NCBI GenBank assembly: GCA_022844165.1
Contig: JALHMH010000030.1
Span: forward strand, 1-57,271
Reading direction: 5' to 3'
DNA from: Lysobacterales bacterium
GTDB lineage: Bacteria > Pseudomonadota > Gammaproteobacteria > Xanthomonadales > SZUA-5
DNA: 57,271 nucleotides
Position 1 is the first letter of the stretch; each line of letters starts with the position of its first letter. Under the pieces are notes generated by a model that worked only from the letters and a program-made list of their open reading frames with translations, did no database searches and was not told the DNA's origin. The translations under genes and the position numbers were made by a program. Shown one piece after another: positions 18,354-29,300 of the stretch.

Positions 18354-21230
18354 ATGCGATCAACGGTGGTTCAATCGACGCCGAAATTGTTCACGGCGGT
18401 CTACGATGGAAGCGCGGTTGTAATGGCGTGGACACCGTCTCTTGCAGCGAGCAACGGCTATACGCTGGCGATCGCGCAAAACAACAAACCGCAACAACCC
18501 ATCGCCTCGACCAAGACGTCCGATCCAACGAATGGCGATGGCGCATTGCAGTTCACGCAGTCGGATGCCGATGCCAATCCGGGCAACTGGAACCTGACTG
18601 TGGCCTCGGGAAACCTGGTCTCCGACCCGATCACGTTGCCGCAATGGGCAGTTGGTCAGGCAAGTGCGCAACTGCCGCAGCTAGTGTCAGCGATTCGCCA
18701 TCCCGACGGCTCGATCAGTGCGACCTGGCAACCGGCAACAGCGGTCGATCCGCAGCCGCAGTTTCAGATCAACCGTTACCGGATCGCGTTATGGGTCACG
18801 TCCGGCAGCTTCGCCCATGTCGAGGTTACTGGGGCTGGCGCCAATCAGGCGCTCTTAGCACCCGGAACGGGACTGTTCGCTGTCGCGGGTGCGCAGCTGC
18901 GGATCATGGGCTTGAACTCGGTCCAAGGCGGCGTCGCGACGCCTGCCATCGGCCTTGTATACGAACCGGCCACAATCCTGGCGGCGAACATCGCCAACGG
19001 CACCGCGACCGTAGTCTGGCAGCAAAGTCGCGACTCGCAAGTGACCAGCTACGTCCCCGCGATTTATGCGCTCGAGGACGGCTTCGCGACTGCAACGCTT
19101 GGCACCAGTACGCCCGGCACAAGCGGCCTGGTCACACTACCGACGCTCGATCCGAACAAGCACTATGTGACCACAGTGATTGCCAATGGCAGCAACCCCA
19201 GTATCACCGCCAGTTATCGCAGCAACGATGTGCCGATACTGACGCAGACGGCCGCGACAACGCTGTTGACGCTGGATGCCGACAGGCTATCGATCGGGTG
19301 GTCCTATGCATCGAACGCAGAAGACGCAACGCGTCTGGCCACACGGATCGAACTCGTGGCGCCCGATGGTCTTGTTGTCTACGCAACCAATAGCGCCAGC
19401 AATGGCGGCGTGTTTTCCATCCCGCGTATCGAAGGGCTCTTCGACATCCGCCTGACACCACTCGCGCAATCAGGCACCGGCCCGTCAACAACAATTCCGG
19501 CGCCGATTGCGCAAGTGCAATCGCTCTCCATCGTCACCGACGCGATTGCATGCACGAGCGCACTGACGTGGGCTCCGCTGGCGAATGTCAGCTTCGAGTT
19601 GCGATGGCGCCCGGATCAAAACGCCATCTCACTGCCGGCCGGCACCACGAGCATCAACTTGACCAGCGACCAGCAGAACGATGCCCAATTAGCGCCCTCG
19701 ATTCGCGCGGTCACGACGATTGGTTCGATCCAGGCCCGCGGTCCAGCCGTCACCGTCTCCGCGATGCCACCGACCTCTTCCGATGTCGAATGCGACTTCG
19801 ATGGCACAACGCTCAGCGCGGCCTGGACACCCGTACTCGGCGCCACGGGCTATCGACTCACGGTGCATCAAAACGACCAGACTCAAAGCGGCTGGCCGAT
19901 TGACGTCTCGGCAGCCACACTGACCTGGCAGGGCGACTTTGCCCCCAGCAGCGCGGGCGACTATCAGTTGGCCGTGCAGGCATTGCTTGGAAACACACAG
20001 AGCCTGCCGCAAAGCACGCATTTGTTCGCTGGCGGATGGTTCATTGGTAGCGCCACCAGTGGTGCCGCAACTGGCTACAACTATCCCGCTTCGACGATGG
20101 CAGCCACCGCGCAGACGACGAACGGACCGGCTGGCGAAGATATCGAGCTGTGGCTACCGCCGATTTGTGCGACGTCGATTCCGCTGAATGTCGACGTACC
20201 GCCCTTCCTGTTGGAGAACAATCCGAACGGCGGCAATGCCTTCCCCTATCGGCTGACGATCGCAGCCGGCAGCGCAGCATGGCAGTTCGATGGCAGCAGC
20301 ATTCGCACGGCCTTGCAACTGAGTTATCAGAACTTCCTGATTGCAGCCGAGAATGCCAAGGTATCGGCCTACGGCATTGCCGTACTGCAAGATGCCATCG
20401 CGCGGCACATGCCGCAGACCTTCGCCGAGAGTTTGTACTACGCCTACGGCTTCACGGTGCCGAACGCAACACTGCCGGTCAAGCAGACGCGCTACGAAGT
20501 GCGGCCCGGCATGGTGCTGTCGGTGTCGTCCGCCAGCTATCAGCGGCCTGCCGCCAGCGGCTCGGACCCGCTGGTGAATGGTTATGCGCTGACGGCTGTT
20601 ACGCACTTCGACGTACAAGTGTATGCGGGCGCGAATTTCCTGCCCGGCATCGATAGCTTCATCAGTCAACTCGCCGCACTGGGCGCTATCACCGTCAATC
20701 CGCCGACGCAGAAGGGCGCCGGCTCAGCGGGAATCGCCGCCGCAGCGGATGTGTATTACTCGCAATTTGCGCAGAGTTTCTGGAGTGTGTTGGTACCCAA
20801 GGCCTTGCAGTCGGCGAGCGATGTCGAGTCCAGCCAATGGGTGCAGCAATTCGTGCTCGCCAGCAGCGCCAGCTACAGCGATCTGGTCAACACCGTCACC
20901 CCACCCGGCGCCACGCCGGCCGTGTATTTCCGCGGCCGGAGCGTGCTCACGCCTGGGTTGCGGATCAGCGTCAACGGCAGCGAGCGCATCGTCAGCGTCG
21001 GCACCACTGTCGGCAATGTACTGACCAGCATCGGTCGTCGCCCCGGCGCCGCAGCGCAGCCGACCACCGTGCAACTGCTACGCGGCTCGGGTGCGGCGCG
21101 ACGCGGCGATGCGCTGAGCGTATCGGCGCAAGCGGTGCGCTTCGATTGGCGCGGCATCGGCAGTTGGGGCCTGGCGCAAGACAGCTTCGACTTGCCGCTG
21201 CTGCCGGGCGATGCAATCGATGTGGTTTAG
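18354..21230 (+). CDS. Operon gene A: about six FN3-like beta-sandwich repeats, unknown core domain, C-terminal beta-grasp-like domain (958 aa)
   Basis: Recurrent ~90-aa units with W in strand B and usually Y in strand C (VMAWTP..GYTL, SATWQP..RYRI, VVWQQ..SYVP, SIGWSY, LTWAP..FEL, SAAWTP..GYRL); no signal peptide; strong RBS at 18354. Confidence 0.8.
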   Translation: MRSTVVQSTPKLFTAVYDGSAVVMAWTPSLAASNGYTLAIAQNNKPQQPIASTKTSDPTNGDGALQFTQSDADANPGNWNLTVASGNLVSDPITLPQWAVGQASAQLPQLVSAIRHPDGSISATWQPATAVDPQPQFQINRYRIALWVTSGSFAHVEVTGAGANQALLAPGTGLFAVAGAQLRIMGLNSVQGGVATPAIGLVYEPATILAANIANGTATVVWQQSRDSQVTSYVPAIYALEDGFATATLGTSTPGTSGLVTLPTLDPNKHYVTTVIANGSNPSITASYRSNDVPILTQTAATTLLTLDADRLSIGWSYASNAEDATRLATRIELVAPDGLVVYATNSASNGGVFSIPRIEGLFDIRLTPLAQSGTGPSTTIPAPIAQVQSLSIVTDAIACTSALTWAPLANVSFELRWRPDQNAISLPAGTTSINLTSDQQNDAQLAPSIRAVTTIGSIQARGPAVTVSAMPPTSSDVECDFDGTTLSAAWTPVLGATGYRLTVHQNDQTQSGWPIDVSAATLTWQGDFAPSSAGDYQLAVQALLGNTQSLPQSTHLFAGGWFIGSATSGAATGYNYPASTMAATAQTTNGPAGEDIELWLPPICATSIPLNVDVPPFLLENNPNGGNAFPYRLTIAAGSAAWQFDGSSIRTALQLSYQNFLIAAENAKVSAYGIAVLQDAIARHMPQTFAESLYYAYGFTVPNATLPVKQTRYEVRPGMVLSVSSASYQRPAASGSDPLVNGYALTAVTHFDVQVYAGANFLPGIDSFISQLAALGAITVNPPTQKGAGSAGIAAAADVYYSQFAQSFWSVLVPKALQSASDVESSQWVQQFVLASSASYSDLVNTVTPPGATPAVYFRGRSVLTPGLRISVNGSERIVSVGTTVGNVLTSIGRRPGAAAQPTTVQLLRGSGAARRGDALSVSAQAVRFDWRGIGSWGLAQDSFDLPLLPGDAIDVV

Positions 21231-21318
21231 CAGCACCGGGCTCGCGACTTGAGAAGCGCGCAGGACGTGCGTTTCTCGAAGATGTGTTAGCGCTCTGACA
21301 CCCGTTGAGGATGGCGAC

Positions 21319-24300
21319 ATGGCAGGTATTCCCGTTTACACGCGATTGGATAACACAGGGCTCTACATCGCCGATACGCCACCGCCGCCGGGCATGGCTT
21401 ACTGGCAGGGCTATTACGCCACGGATCCCACCGGGCTTCCCGACCAGCCAACGCTGGCGCAGTTATGGGCGCACACGCAGGGTGCGTTTTTGCTGATCAA
21501 CAGTGGGCCCAGCGATCCGGTCGCCTTTGCGGTAACGCTTGCGCAGAGTTGGCAGCGCCTGGCGCCGCAACACGATTTGCGCCTGCTGTGGTTGCTTGAT
21601 CCAAACAGCGACTTTGCGGTGTGGCGCTTTCATCGATTGCGCGCCACCTTCAACGGGCAATGGACCACCAGCGGCGCTGCAGAGTTCCGGCTCGGCGACT
21701 ATGCCTACACCGTCTCTGTCGGCACCACGCTAACCCTGACCGACACGTTGATCACGCTGGCCGGCGAATTGAGCTTCGAGGCCACCAACGGCAGTTACCC
21801 CGCGACCAGCGGCAAACTCGATTTCGCAGGCGCCAGCGCTGGCGTACTGAGCTTGCGCATCGTCGCTCAGGACCTCGACGATATGCAGCGCCTGGGCGTG
21901 ATGCTGCGCTACGCGACGCCCGATCCAGACGATCCCGAGTACTTGGTCGCGCACGTCAACATGCCGATACTCGGCGCTTCGACGGCAAGCGACTATGCGC
22001 TGGATGTTGCCTTCGATCCGCTCAATCCGCTGCTGCCGGCGCGTACTGCGCTGAGCTTCGCCAGTCCACCGACGTTCAGCAGCCTGCTTGCAACAACACT
22101 GGGCCATGGCGTCGACCTGGCGCCGGGCAACGACGGCGTATTGCCCTCTGGCCAGCTAGTATTCGCCTACAGCCCAACCGAGTTACCGGGGTCAGCGTCG
22201 CCCGATCGCGTGCGCTATCACCTGGTGCCATACGGTCAGTTTGTCTTGAGCGTGGCGCCAACGGCGCGTGCCGTTGTGGGTACCGAACGGGTCATGCTTG
22301 GGCTCTCGGCCACCGAGTATTTCGCGCTGCCCGATCAGGCCGCGCGCATCGGTTTTGATGTCGGCGCGGCGTACGCCCCAACAACCAATAACGGGCCGTT
22401 GCTCACCGATGCTGCGAGCACCGCTTACGCCAAGTTCTACCCGGCCGCGCCGGCGGCTGCCGGGCTTTTGTACTACGCGCAACCACAGTCTTCGCCATTG
22501 TACGCGCCGCTCAAGCAGGCTTTTTTGTCGTATCACGAAATGCCCGCTGCGCAAGGTCCGGCACTACCCGGCAGCGATGCGCTGGGCGCCAGCGACGCAC
22601 AGTTTTTGCCGATGGGTGCGTACCTCGGCGTCGATCCCGCTCAAAACGCACTCGCGGCGATGCTGGAGAGCGCTGCTTTGGCGCCCTTGCGGCGTTCTTT
22701 GCTCGGGCTGGCGCCCACGGCGTTGCCTATAGCCGCAGATCCGCCGCCACCGCTGGCCGTGACACCACGTGGACTACTGGCAGGCCTGTCGCCAGATGGA
22801 ATTCATTTTGCCAACGTCCTGTTGAGCAGCCTGCCCGGCACCGTGTATCCCGACACGCGTCTGGCGCCAGTCAACGACGTGATGCAGGCGGCACTCCAGG
22901 CCAATCAGTTGTTTTTCGTAGCCGCCGATGTGACTGTGTTGATGGGCGCCACCTCCGTGCCGTATCGCTTGCAAGAGAGCGATCGCGGCTTGCTGCTCTC
23001 CGCTGGCGTATCGCAAGCCGGAACCGATCAGGTCATGGCGGCCGTCAAGGCGCAGGGATATCCGACATATCCGACCGAAGCTGCCTTCACGGCGGCCATT
23101 GGCGCGCTCTCGCCAGACGATCTGGCGGGCGTGCTCAGCGTCGCAGGCGTGCTGCGCGTTAACGTCGATGGCTGGACATTCCAACTCTCGCCGCGCACCT
23201 GGCGCGGCGGTGATCGCCCGACGCTGATGCTGTTCAAGTACGCCTCGCGCAGCATTATCGAACTGGCCGGCGACACCAGCGCCTGGGGCTGGCCGGCGGT
23301 CGCCGGCACGCCTTTGCAAACACAGAAGGTGCTGCTCGATTTCATCGCGGGCGCGAAGAGTGCGCCGGCGGGATCGCCCAAGGCTGATCTTTACGCCAAC
23401 GTGCTGAGCGATGCCAATTGGAACGGTGTGCTGTTTATCAACGCACCGGTGTCGATTGCAGAACTCGATCCGCAACTTGCCTTCCTGTCGGCAGGCATCA
23501 AGCCAGATCAGTTTTTTGCTGACCATGTCGGCTTCGCCCTGACCCCTTTCGATGTCGATGCCGGCACGATTACGCCCAAGCGCACGGCGGTGTTCGGCCT
23601 GATCGACTACCAGGATCCGAGCGATCTGTTGCTCAGCGCCACGGTGCCGTTCGCGTTCAAGACCTTATCGCTCACGGCGATATTTTCCAACTCTTCGCTC
23701 ACCGGCTTTCATGCCAACGTCGAGCTGATGACCAATCGGCTGTTCGGCAGCACGCTGACCAAGGTACAGCCCGAGCGCGGCAATAACCTGGTTCTCGACG
23801 GCAGCTATCACCTTGTGGATGGCGCGCCCGCATACGCGTTTTCGCTGATCGGTCAGAACCGCTATGCCGTCCAGAGTTCGATGCTCGGCAGCGTCGAAGT
23901 ACTGGCCGTGCAGCTGCAGACGCTGCAAGACAAACCGGGCAGCAGCGAGTACCTGACCCGTTTTGTGCTTAACGGCAATCTGCGCTTTTTGGACCTGCCG
24001 GATTTCGATCCGTTTTGCTACGGCACGGCACTCGGGGAACTCAGTTCCAATGCCTCCGACAGCAAACTGCGCTTCAACGGCCTCGCCGTCGATATGCGCT
24101 ACGACCTGGACAATCCGGGTAACGCGAGCTTTTCCTCGAACGAGACAGGCCTCGCTTTCGATCTCGCCAGCAGCGTCCCCAGACCGCAGTCGCTCGCCGC
24201 ACGTTTTCCGCTCACGCTCACGGGCATCGTCGGTTTCGGCGCGGATGCAGATGCCGCGAATACGCCCGAATCCCTGAGTTTCGTTTCGATCGCCGCGCCC

Positions 24301-24831
24301 CTGCAGCAGCAGCCAATGACGCCGCCATGGTACGGTCTGGTTTACACGCTACAACTTGGCACGCTCGGCGCACTCGCCGGCAGCGTTGGTTTATCGATCA
24401 AGCTGATCGCCGCCTTCGCGCCTGGACAAAGCGGCAGCCGCCCCGCGTACATTGGTCTTGAGTTGCCCAACGCCAAATCCATGGGACTGAATCTGCCTTT
24501 GCAGGGCGTGCTCCAGCTGGGCTTCCGCAGCTTCGAGATGCAAAGCTACCCGCACAAAGACGACCCCACGCAGCGCGGTTACTTGCTGCGCCTGCATCGC
24601 TTCGCGCTGTCGGTACTCGGCTTCTCGTTCCCACCTGGCAACACCGATGTGCTGCTGTTCGGCGACACCGACGACAGCGGCAAAGTGGTGCTCGGCTGGT
24701 ACGCCGCCTACGCGCAGGACGCCAAGCCCGCAAACAAAACCAGCGCGCTGCGGCGCCGCCACTCACCGCACGCATTGGCCAGCCACCGCGAATCCCGATC
24801 GCGCCGCGATCTGACCACCGGAGAGCACTGA
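21319..24831 (+). CDS. Operon gene B: large beta-rich protein of unknown function (1170 aa)
   Basis: Long ORF with strong codon bias; C-terminal half made of amphipathic strands (FAFKTLSLTAIF, WYGLVYTLQLG, YLLRLHRFALSVLG, LGWYAAY); Arg/His-rich tail; no signal peptide. Confidence 0.8.
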   Translation: MAGIPVYTRLDNTGLYIADTPPPPGMAYWQGYYATDPTGLPDQPTLAQLWAHTQGAFLLINSGPSDPVAFAVTLAQSWQRLAPQHDLRLLWLLDPNSDFAVWRFHRLRATFNGQWTTSGAAEFRLGDYAYTVSVGTTLTLTDTLITLAGELSFEATNGSYPATSGKLDFAGASAGVLSLRIVAQDLDDMQRLGVMLRYATPDPDDPEYLVAHVNMPILGASTASDYALDVAFDPLNPLLPARTALSFASPPTFSSLLATTLGHGVDLAPGNDGVLPSGQLVFAYSPTELPGSASPDRVRYHLVPYGQFVLSVAPTARAVVGTERVMLGLSATEYFALPDQAARIGFDVGAAYAPTTNNGPLLTDAASTAYAKFYPAAPAAAGLLYYAQPQSSPLYAPLKQAFLSYHEMPAAQGPALPGSDALGASDAQFLPMGAYLGVDPAQNALAAMLESAALAPLRRSLLGLAPTALPIAADPPPPLAVTPRGLLAGLSPDGIHFANVLLSSLPGTVYPDTRLAPVNDVMQAALQANQLFFVAADVTVLMGATSVPYRLQESDRGLLLSAGVSQAGTDQVMAAVKAQGYPTYPTEAAFTAAIGALSPDDLAGVLSVAGVLRVNVDGWTFQLSPRTWRGGDRPTLMLFKYASRSIIELAGDTSAWGWPAVAGTPLQTQKVLLDFIAGAKSAPAGSPKADLYANVLSDANWNGVLFINAPVSIAELDPQLAFLSAGIKPDQFFADHVGFALTPFDVDAGTITPKRTAVFGLIDYQDPSDLLLSATVPFAFKTLSLTAIFSNSSLTGFHANVELMTNRLFGSTLTKVQPERGNNLVLDGSYHLVDGAPAYAFSLIGQNRYAVQSSMLGSVEVLAVQLQTLQDKPGSSEYLTRFVLNGNLRFLDLPDFDPFCYGTALGELSSNASDSKLRFNGLAVDMRYDLDNPGNASFSSNETGLAFDLASSVPRPQSLAARFPLTLTGIVGFGADADAANTPESLSFVSIAAPLQQQPMTPPWYGLVYTLQLGTLGALAGSVGLSIKLIAAFAPGQSGSRPAYIGLELPNAKSMGLNLPLQGVLQLGFRSFEMQSYPHKDDPTQRGYLLRLHRFALSVLGFSFPPGNTDVLLFGDTDDSGKVVLGWYAAYAQDAKPANKTSALRRRHSPHALASHRESRSRRDLTTGEH

Positions 24832-24832
24832 C

Positions 24833-26287
24833 ATGCCAACGCCTTGCATCAAGTTTCATGTGCTCAATGTTGGCGTCGGCAGCGGCAACTTCATTGAGGT
24901 GTTCGAAGACAGCACGAAGACCGCCAAACCAAGTACCACGTTGCTCATCGACCTGGGCTGCCAGGGAGCGAACAGGGATAGCCCGGGTCCGTCGGTGGAG
25001 TTCGTCGTCAAACGGCTAAAGACCATGGGCGACAAGGCGGAGATCGACTGCCTGATCCTCACGCATAGCGACGCCGATCACGTTAACCTGATCAAACAGC
25101 TTCTTGCCGAGTTCGAAGACGATGAGCTGACCATCAACGACGCCTTTTTCGGCGGCGCACCGGGCAAATACAAGAAGAACAAAACTCAGATCCTCAACCT
25201 GGTCGGCGAATACATGACCGACGGCGAGGAGCCGGAAGGCCACTCGATTGGCTATTCCAGCTACGACAAACCAACCAAGCCGGTCGCCATCTACCAGCAC
25301 GCGACGCTGGACCTCAAGATTTACGCGCTAATGGCGAACGCGCTACAACCCAACGCCACGTCACTGCCTACCGGCAAGAACGCGGTGGCCTTGAACACCG
25401 TCAGTTACATCGTGGTCGTTGAGTTTTACGGCGAACGCTACCTGATCACTGGCGACGCCACTGGCACCACAATGCTGAAAGCGAACCAAGTGATGCGCAA
25501 AGGCGCTTCGCCCTTCTTCGATAGCATGGTAATGCAGACAGTCCCGCATCACGGCAGCATCGTCACGGCATTGGATGTCCGCGATGTCGTGCCCAAGGAC
25601 AACGTGGTCGAGTTCGCTCGACGGGTGAATGCGGAAACGCTCACGGTCAGCTCCTATCGCAAGCACGACCACCCGTCGGCGCTCCTGCTGAGCTGGTTTT
25701 GGCCGTTCACGAAAACGGTGCCGAGTTGGAGAGATCCCAACGCATCGGTTGGGCATTTCTTTGTTGCCTATTACAGCGCCGATTCCAAATTCAAGCTTGA
25801 TCTCGATGGCACGGCGACGGCTTGGCCGCCAAACGTCTACAGCGACGAGTTCTATACAGCGCAAACCTCTGCGCTGGTCTACTCAACGGACTACTTTTCG
25901 GCCGGGCTGCTACAAGCCTTCAAGAACGATACCGTGCCAATCAAGGGCGACGTGAAACGGCGAACCACGTTGAGAAAACGCACTGCCGTCTTTCCGACCA
26001 GTCTGGCATCGCCGCCTGCCACGGGTTCTTTGGTCGATTACCCAGCAGCGTCGCCAATTGCCGGTCGCGGATGGACGTACACGACCACCAAGACTGACAC
26101 AGGCACAAGCACCAACCTCGCGCCGCTCGATCCCACGGGCGCATTGCGAGCGCTCCGCGAGGCCATCATCGAGCGCTCTGGCGCCGGACTTCCTACGCGC
26201 GTACGCAATCGTCCATCGCGCCACACCAGTTTCAGCGGGCCACCGGGCCCAACGCCGAGCGAACTCCGTCCTCGTCATCGCCGTTAA
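24833..26287 (+). CDS. Operon gene C: ComEC/Rec2-type metallo-beta-lactamase-fold hydrolase (putative nuclease/phosphodiesterase), soluble
   Basis: LNVGVG, LLIDLG, LTHSDADH, ITGDA, VPHHGS and HDHP in canonical order; no TM domain; starts 1 nt after the gene B stop, with RBS GGAG. Confidence 0.88.
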   Translation: MPTPCIKFHVLNVGVGSGNFIEVFEDSTKTAKPSTTLLIDLGCQGANRDSPGPSVEFVVKRLKTMGDKAEIDCLILTHSDADHVNLIKQLLAEFEDDELTINDAFFGGAPGKYKKNKTQILNLVGEYMTDGEEPEGHSIGYSSYDKPTKPVAIYQHATLDLKIYALMANALQPNATSLPTGKNAVALNTVSYIVVVEFYGERYLITGDATGTTMLKANQVMRKGASPFFDSMVMQTVPHHGSIVTALDVRDVVPKDNVVEFARRVNAETLTVSSYRKHDHPSALLLSWFWPFTKTVPSWRDPNASVGHFFVAYYSADSKFKLDLDGTATAWPPNVYSDEFYTAQTSALVYSTDYFSAGLLQAFKNDTVPIKGDVKRRTTLRKRTAVFPTSLASPPATGSLVDYPAASPIAGRGWTYTTTKTDTGTSTNLAPLDPTGALRALREAIIERSGAGLPTRVRNRPSRHTSFSGPPGPTPSELRPRHRR

Positions 26288-26314
26288 CCGCTTTCTCGCG
26301 GAAGGATCACCGCC

Positions 26315-29300
26315 ATGTCGCTGAGTGACATCTACGCCGCCATTTCGAACGCCATCGTCGATCAGCGCATCGATTTGGCGAACCTCGCCGAGCAACCGAG
26401 GCAACCCGACCTGTTCGCAGGACTACGAACTGTCTTGGGCCTGTTTCAGCTCAGCAGCCGATTTCCGCTGACCGACGTCGTGCTGGATCCGCTGACCGAC
26501 AGGATCCACCTGCGCGGCAGTGGGTCCTTTGCCCCGATCGGCGTGGCCAACGCAATCGAGGCCTCACTGACCATTACGATGCCGGGAAGCGATCCGCTAT
26601 TCGCGCTTGAATTGCGATTCGCGAGTGCCGAAACGTCTCTCGCTTCGCTGGTTTCGACGTTCCCACCGTTTTCGGTCTTCGATGCCGATCGCGGGACAGT
26701 GGCTCAGCAGGCATCGTTTCTGTTTGGCGTGTCGGTTGGGTCGATGCTGCTTTCTGGCGCAAACGATGGCGTCGAGGCATTGAGTTTGTCCGGCACGCTG
26801 GCCGATTCTGAGGCGACCATCCAACGCTTCTCGTACCTCCTCAACGGCTGGCCACTGGCCGTTCGGGGCAGCCTTGTATTGCCTGCCTCCGCAAGTGACA
26901 TCGCGCAACTGGATTTACGCGCGGTCGATCCGTCCAAAGAAATCCGCTTCTTCAGCAATGTCCTGACGCGCGTCGGGTTTCAGCTTTGGTCCGGTCCCGA
27001 TCCAGATGCCATTGGCAAAGTCTTGGGCGCGTCGTCTTTGAACTTGATTGGCGATCTCAAGTTCGACGACACCAGCGAACCGGCCACGATGTGGTTGCCG
27101 CTGGCCGCCTCCGATCAGCTTTGGCGCTTCATCGTTGAGTTTCCGGATGGCACGGTCAAGATCGGCAAGAGCGTGGGTGCGCTGGCTGGATTGCTCGGGC
27201 TCGCGCCGTCGGACTTATCGCTGCCGGAAGGCTTCGAAGCGCTCGATCCATTTTTCTTGAAGGAATTCGAACTTGGCTTGAGCGCCTTCGATGCTCCCAT
27301 ACCGGACCGAGGCGCGCCGGTACTCGATTGGCAGTGGAAACAGGATCTGGCTGCGCCATCGCTGCAGTCGCTGGGCGTCACCATCGGATCGACGATTCGC
27401 TGGCCGGCACCGATTCCGCAAGTCGTTATCACCGACGTCGGCATGCGCTGGGTCGTTGGTTCGAACGATTCAGCCTGGTTCATGAGCGGTGCGTTGTACG
27501 GCACGATCGTCATCGGCGATGCCGAGAAGCTCCCGAACTCAGTGCTGTTGTTCAGTTCCGATGCTCGCGCGCCGATAGCCGTCGACGCCTTCGCACTCGA
27601 AGTCACCGCGTACGTTCCCAACTTCATCATTACTGCCGAACTCAAACAGAACTACGCGCTGCCGATCGGCAAGGCGTTCCAGCATTTTTTCAATGCCGAT
27701 CCCAACATCGATGCCGAGCTCAGCCTGACCACGATGTCGGCGATGGCCGATTTCAAATCTCGTACCTTTAACGCCGAAGCAGAAGTGCAGGGCAATTGGC
27801 CGAGCATCAAAATCAACAACGTCACGCTGGCGATGACCGATCTTCGCTTCACGGTCGATGTCTCGCAATCGAGTTTCGATGCAACCATCGATGGTGAGAT
27901 CGAACTGACAACCAAGACCAGCCCGGGGCCGGCGATCATCCATCTGGGCACCGAGTATTCCCACGCGAGCGACGGCAACAACTGGTCGTTCAACGGTAGC
28001 CTCGCGCCGTACAACGCGCTCAGCGTCAACGACCTCGTCAGCAACCTGCTCGGCGTCGATCCGCCCGCCGGCATCCCGCAACTCGTGATCGATGCGATGG
28101 GCTTCCGTTACAGCACCGGCACGGGGGCGTACAGCGCTTACGGAACGGTCTCGCTGACGTGGCGACCGACGGTGCTCGGCGACATCACGATTGCCACCAG
28201 CGCCAGCGCAACGGTCAATCGCGATAGCAAGACAGCGCCGATTACCGGCAGCGTCAGCGGCGATTTTTCGGTCAATCAGTTGAACCTGAGCCTGTCGGCC
28301 GACATCGGCGTTGCCAATCCCACTTACACCTTCAAGATCCAGTTCGGCGATCCGTACATCGAGCTGATTTCGGGCTGGACGCAGACCACGCCCAAACAGC
28401 GATTGCTGACCGCGCATCTCGGCGGCATGACTGTGGGCGGCGTGCTCGAGTATCTGGTCAATCTTGCGGCGCCGACGATCGGCTACAAGCTCGATCCGCC
28501 GTGGGACGTGCTCAATCGCATCGATCTGTCCAACTTCGAATTGGCAGCCAATCTCGATACCAGCACGTTGACGTTGGGCTACAAGACCAGCATCGATCTG
28601 GGGGTCATCAAGATCAGCAATCTGGGCGTGTCCTACACGCGCGGCCAGGGCATGTCGGGCGTCAATCTGGTACTGGAAGGCAACTTCTTCGGCCAGGATT
28701 ACACCGGCCCGAAAGCGCTCGCCTGGGACGTCATCAAAGACCCGCCGCCGGCGGTGCCGGGCGGCGGCAATGGCACGCTCGACATCTACTACCTGGGCCT
28801 CGGCCAGCGCGTTCGCCTGACCGATCTCAAACCCAATAGCGTGCGCCAGTTACTGGATGCGATGGAAAAAGCGATGCAGCCGGTGTCGCAGGACCCGAAC
28901 GCAAAGCCGGCGCCGCCGCCGATCAATAACGGCATCGAGTTCAATGCCAACAGCCAGTGGTTGATTGGCCTCGACATCACCGTCGGTGGCGTGGCGCGAC
29001 TGGGTCTGATCTTCAACGATCCGGTGATCTACGGCTTGTCGGTATCGCTCGGCGGACCAAAATCCGGATCGATGTCCGGGCTTAACTTCGAACTGCTGTA
29101 CAAGAAGATCTCCGACAACGTCGGCATGTTCCGAATCGACTTGACGCTGCCCGTTGCGCTGCGAACGATCAACCTCGGGCAGGTGTCGATCACGCTCGGC
29201 GTGATCGTCGTCGAGATCTTCACCAACGGCAATTTCTCGGTCGACTTAGGCTTCCCCTGGAAGCGCGATTTCTCGCGCTCGTTCACGCTGCAGTACCTGC

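Noticed and set aside
24833-26287. Competence gene comEC
   Set aside because: Only the MBL domain is present; the membrane competence domain and other com genes are absent.
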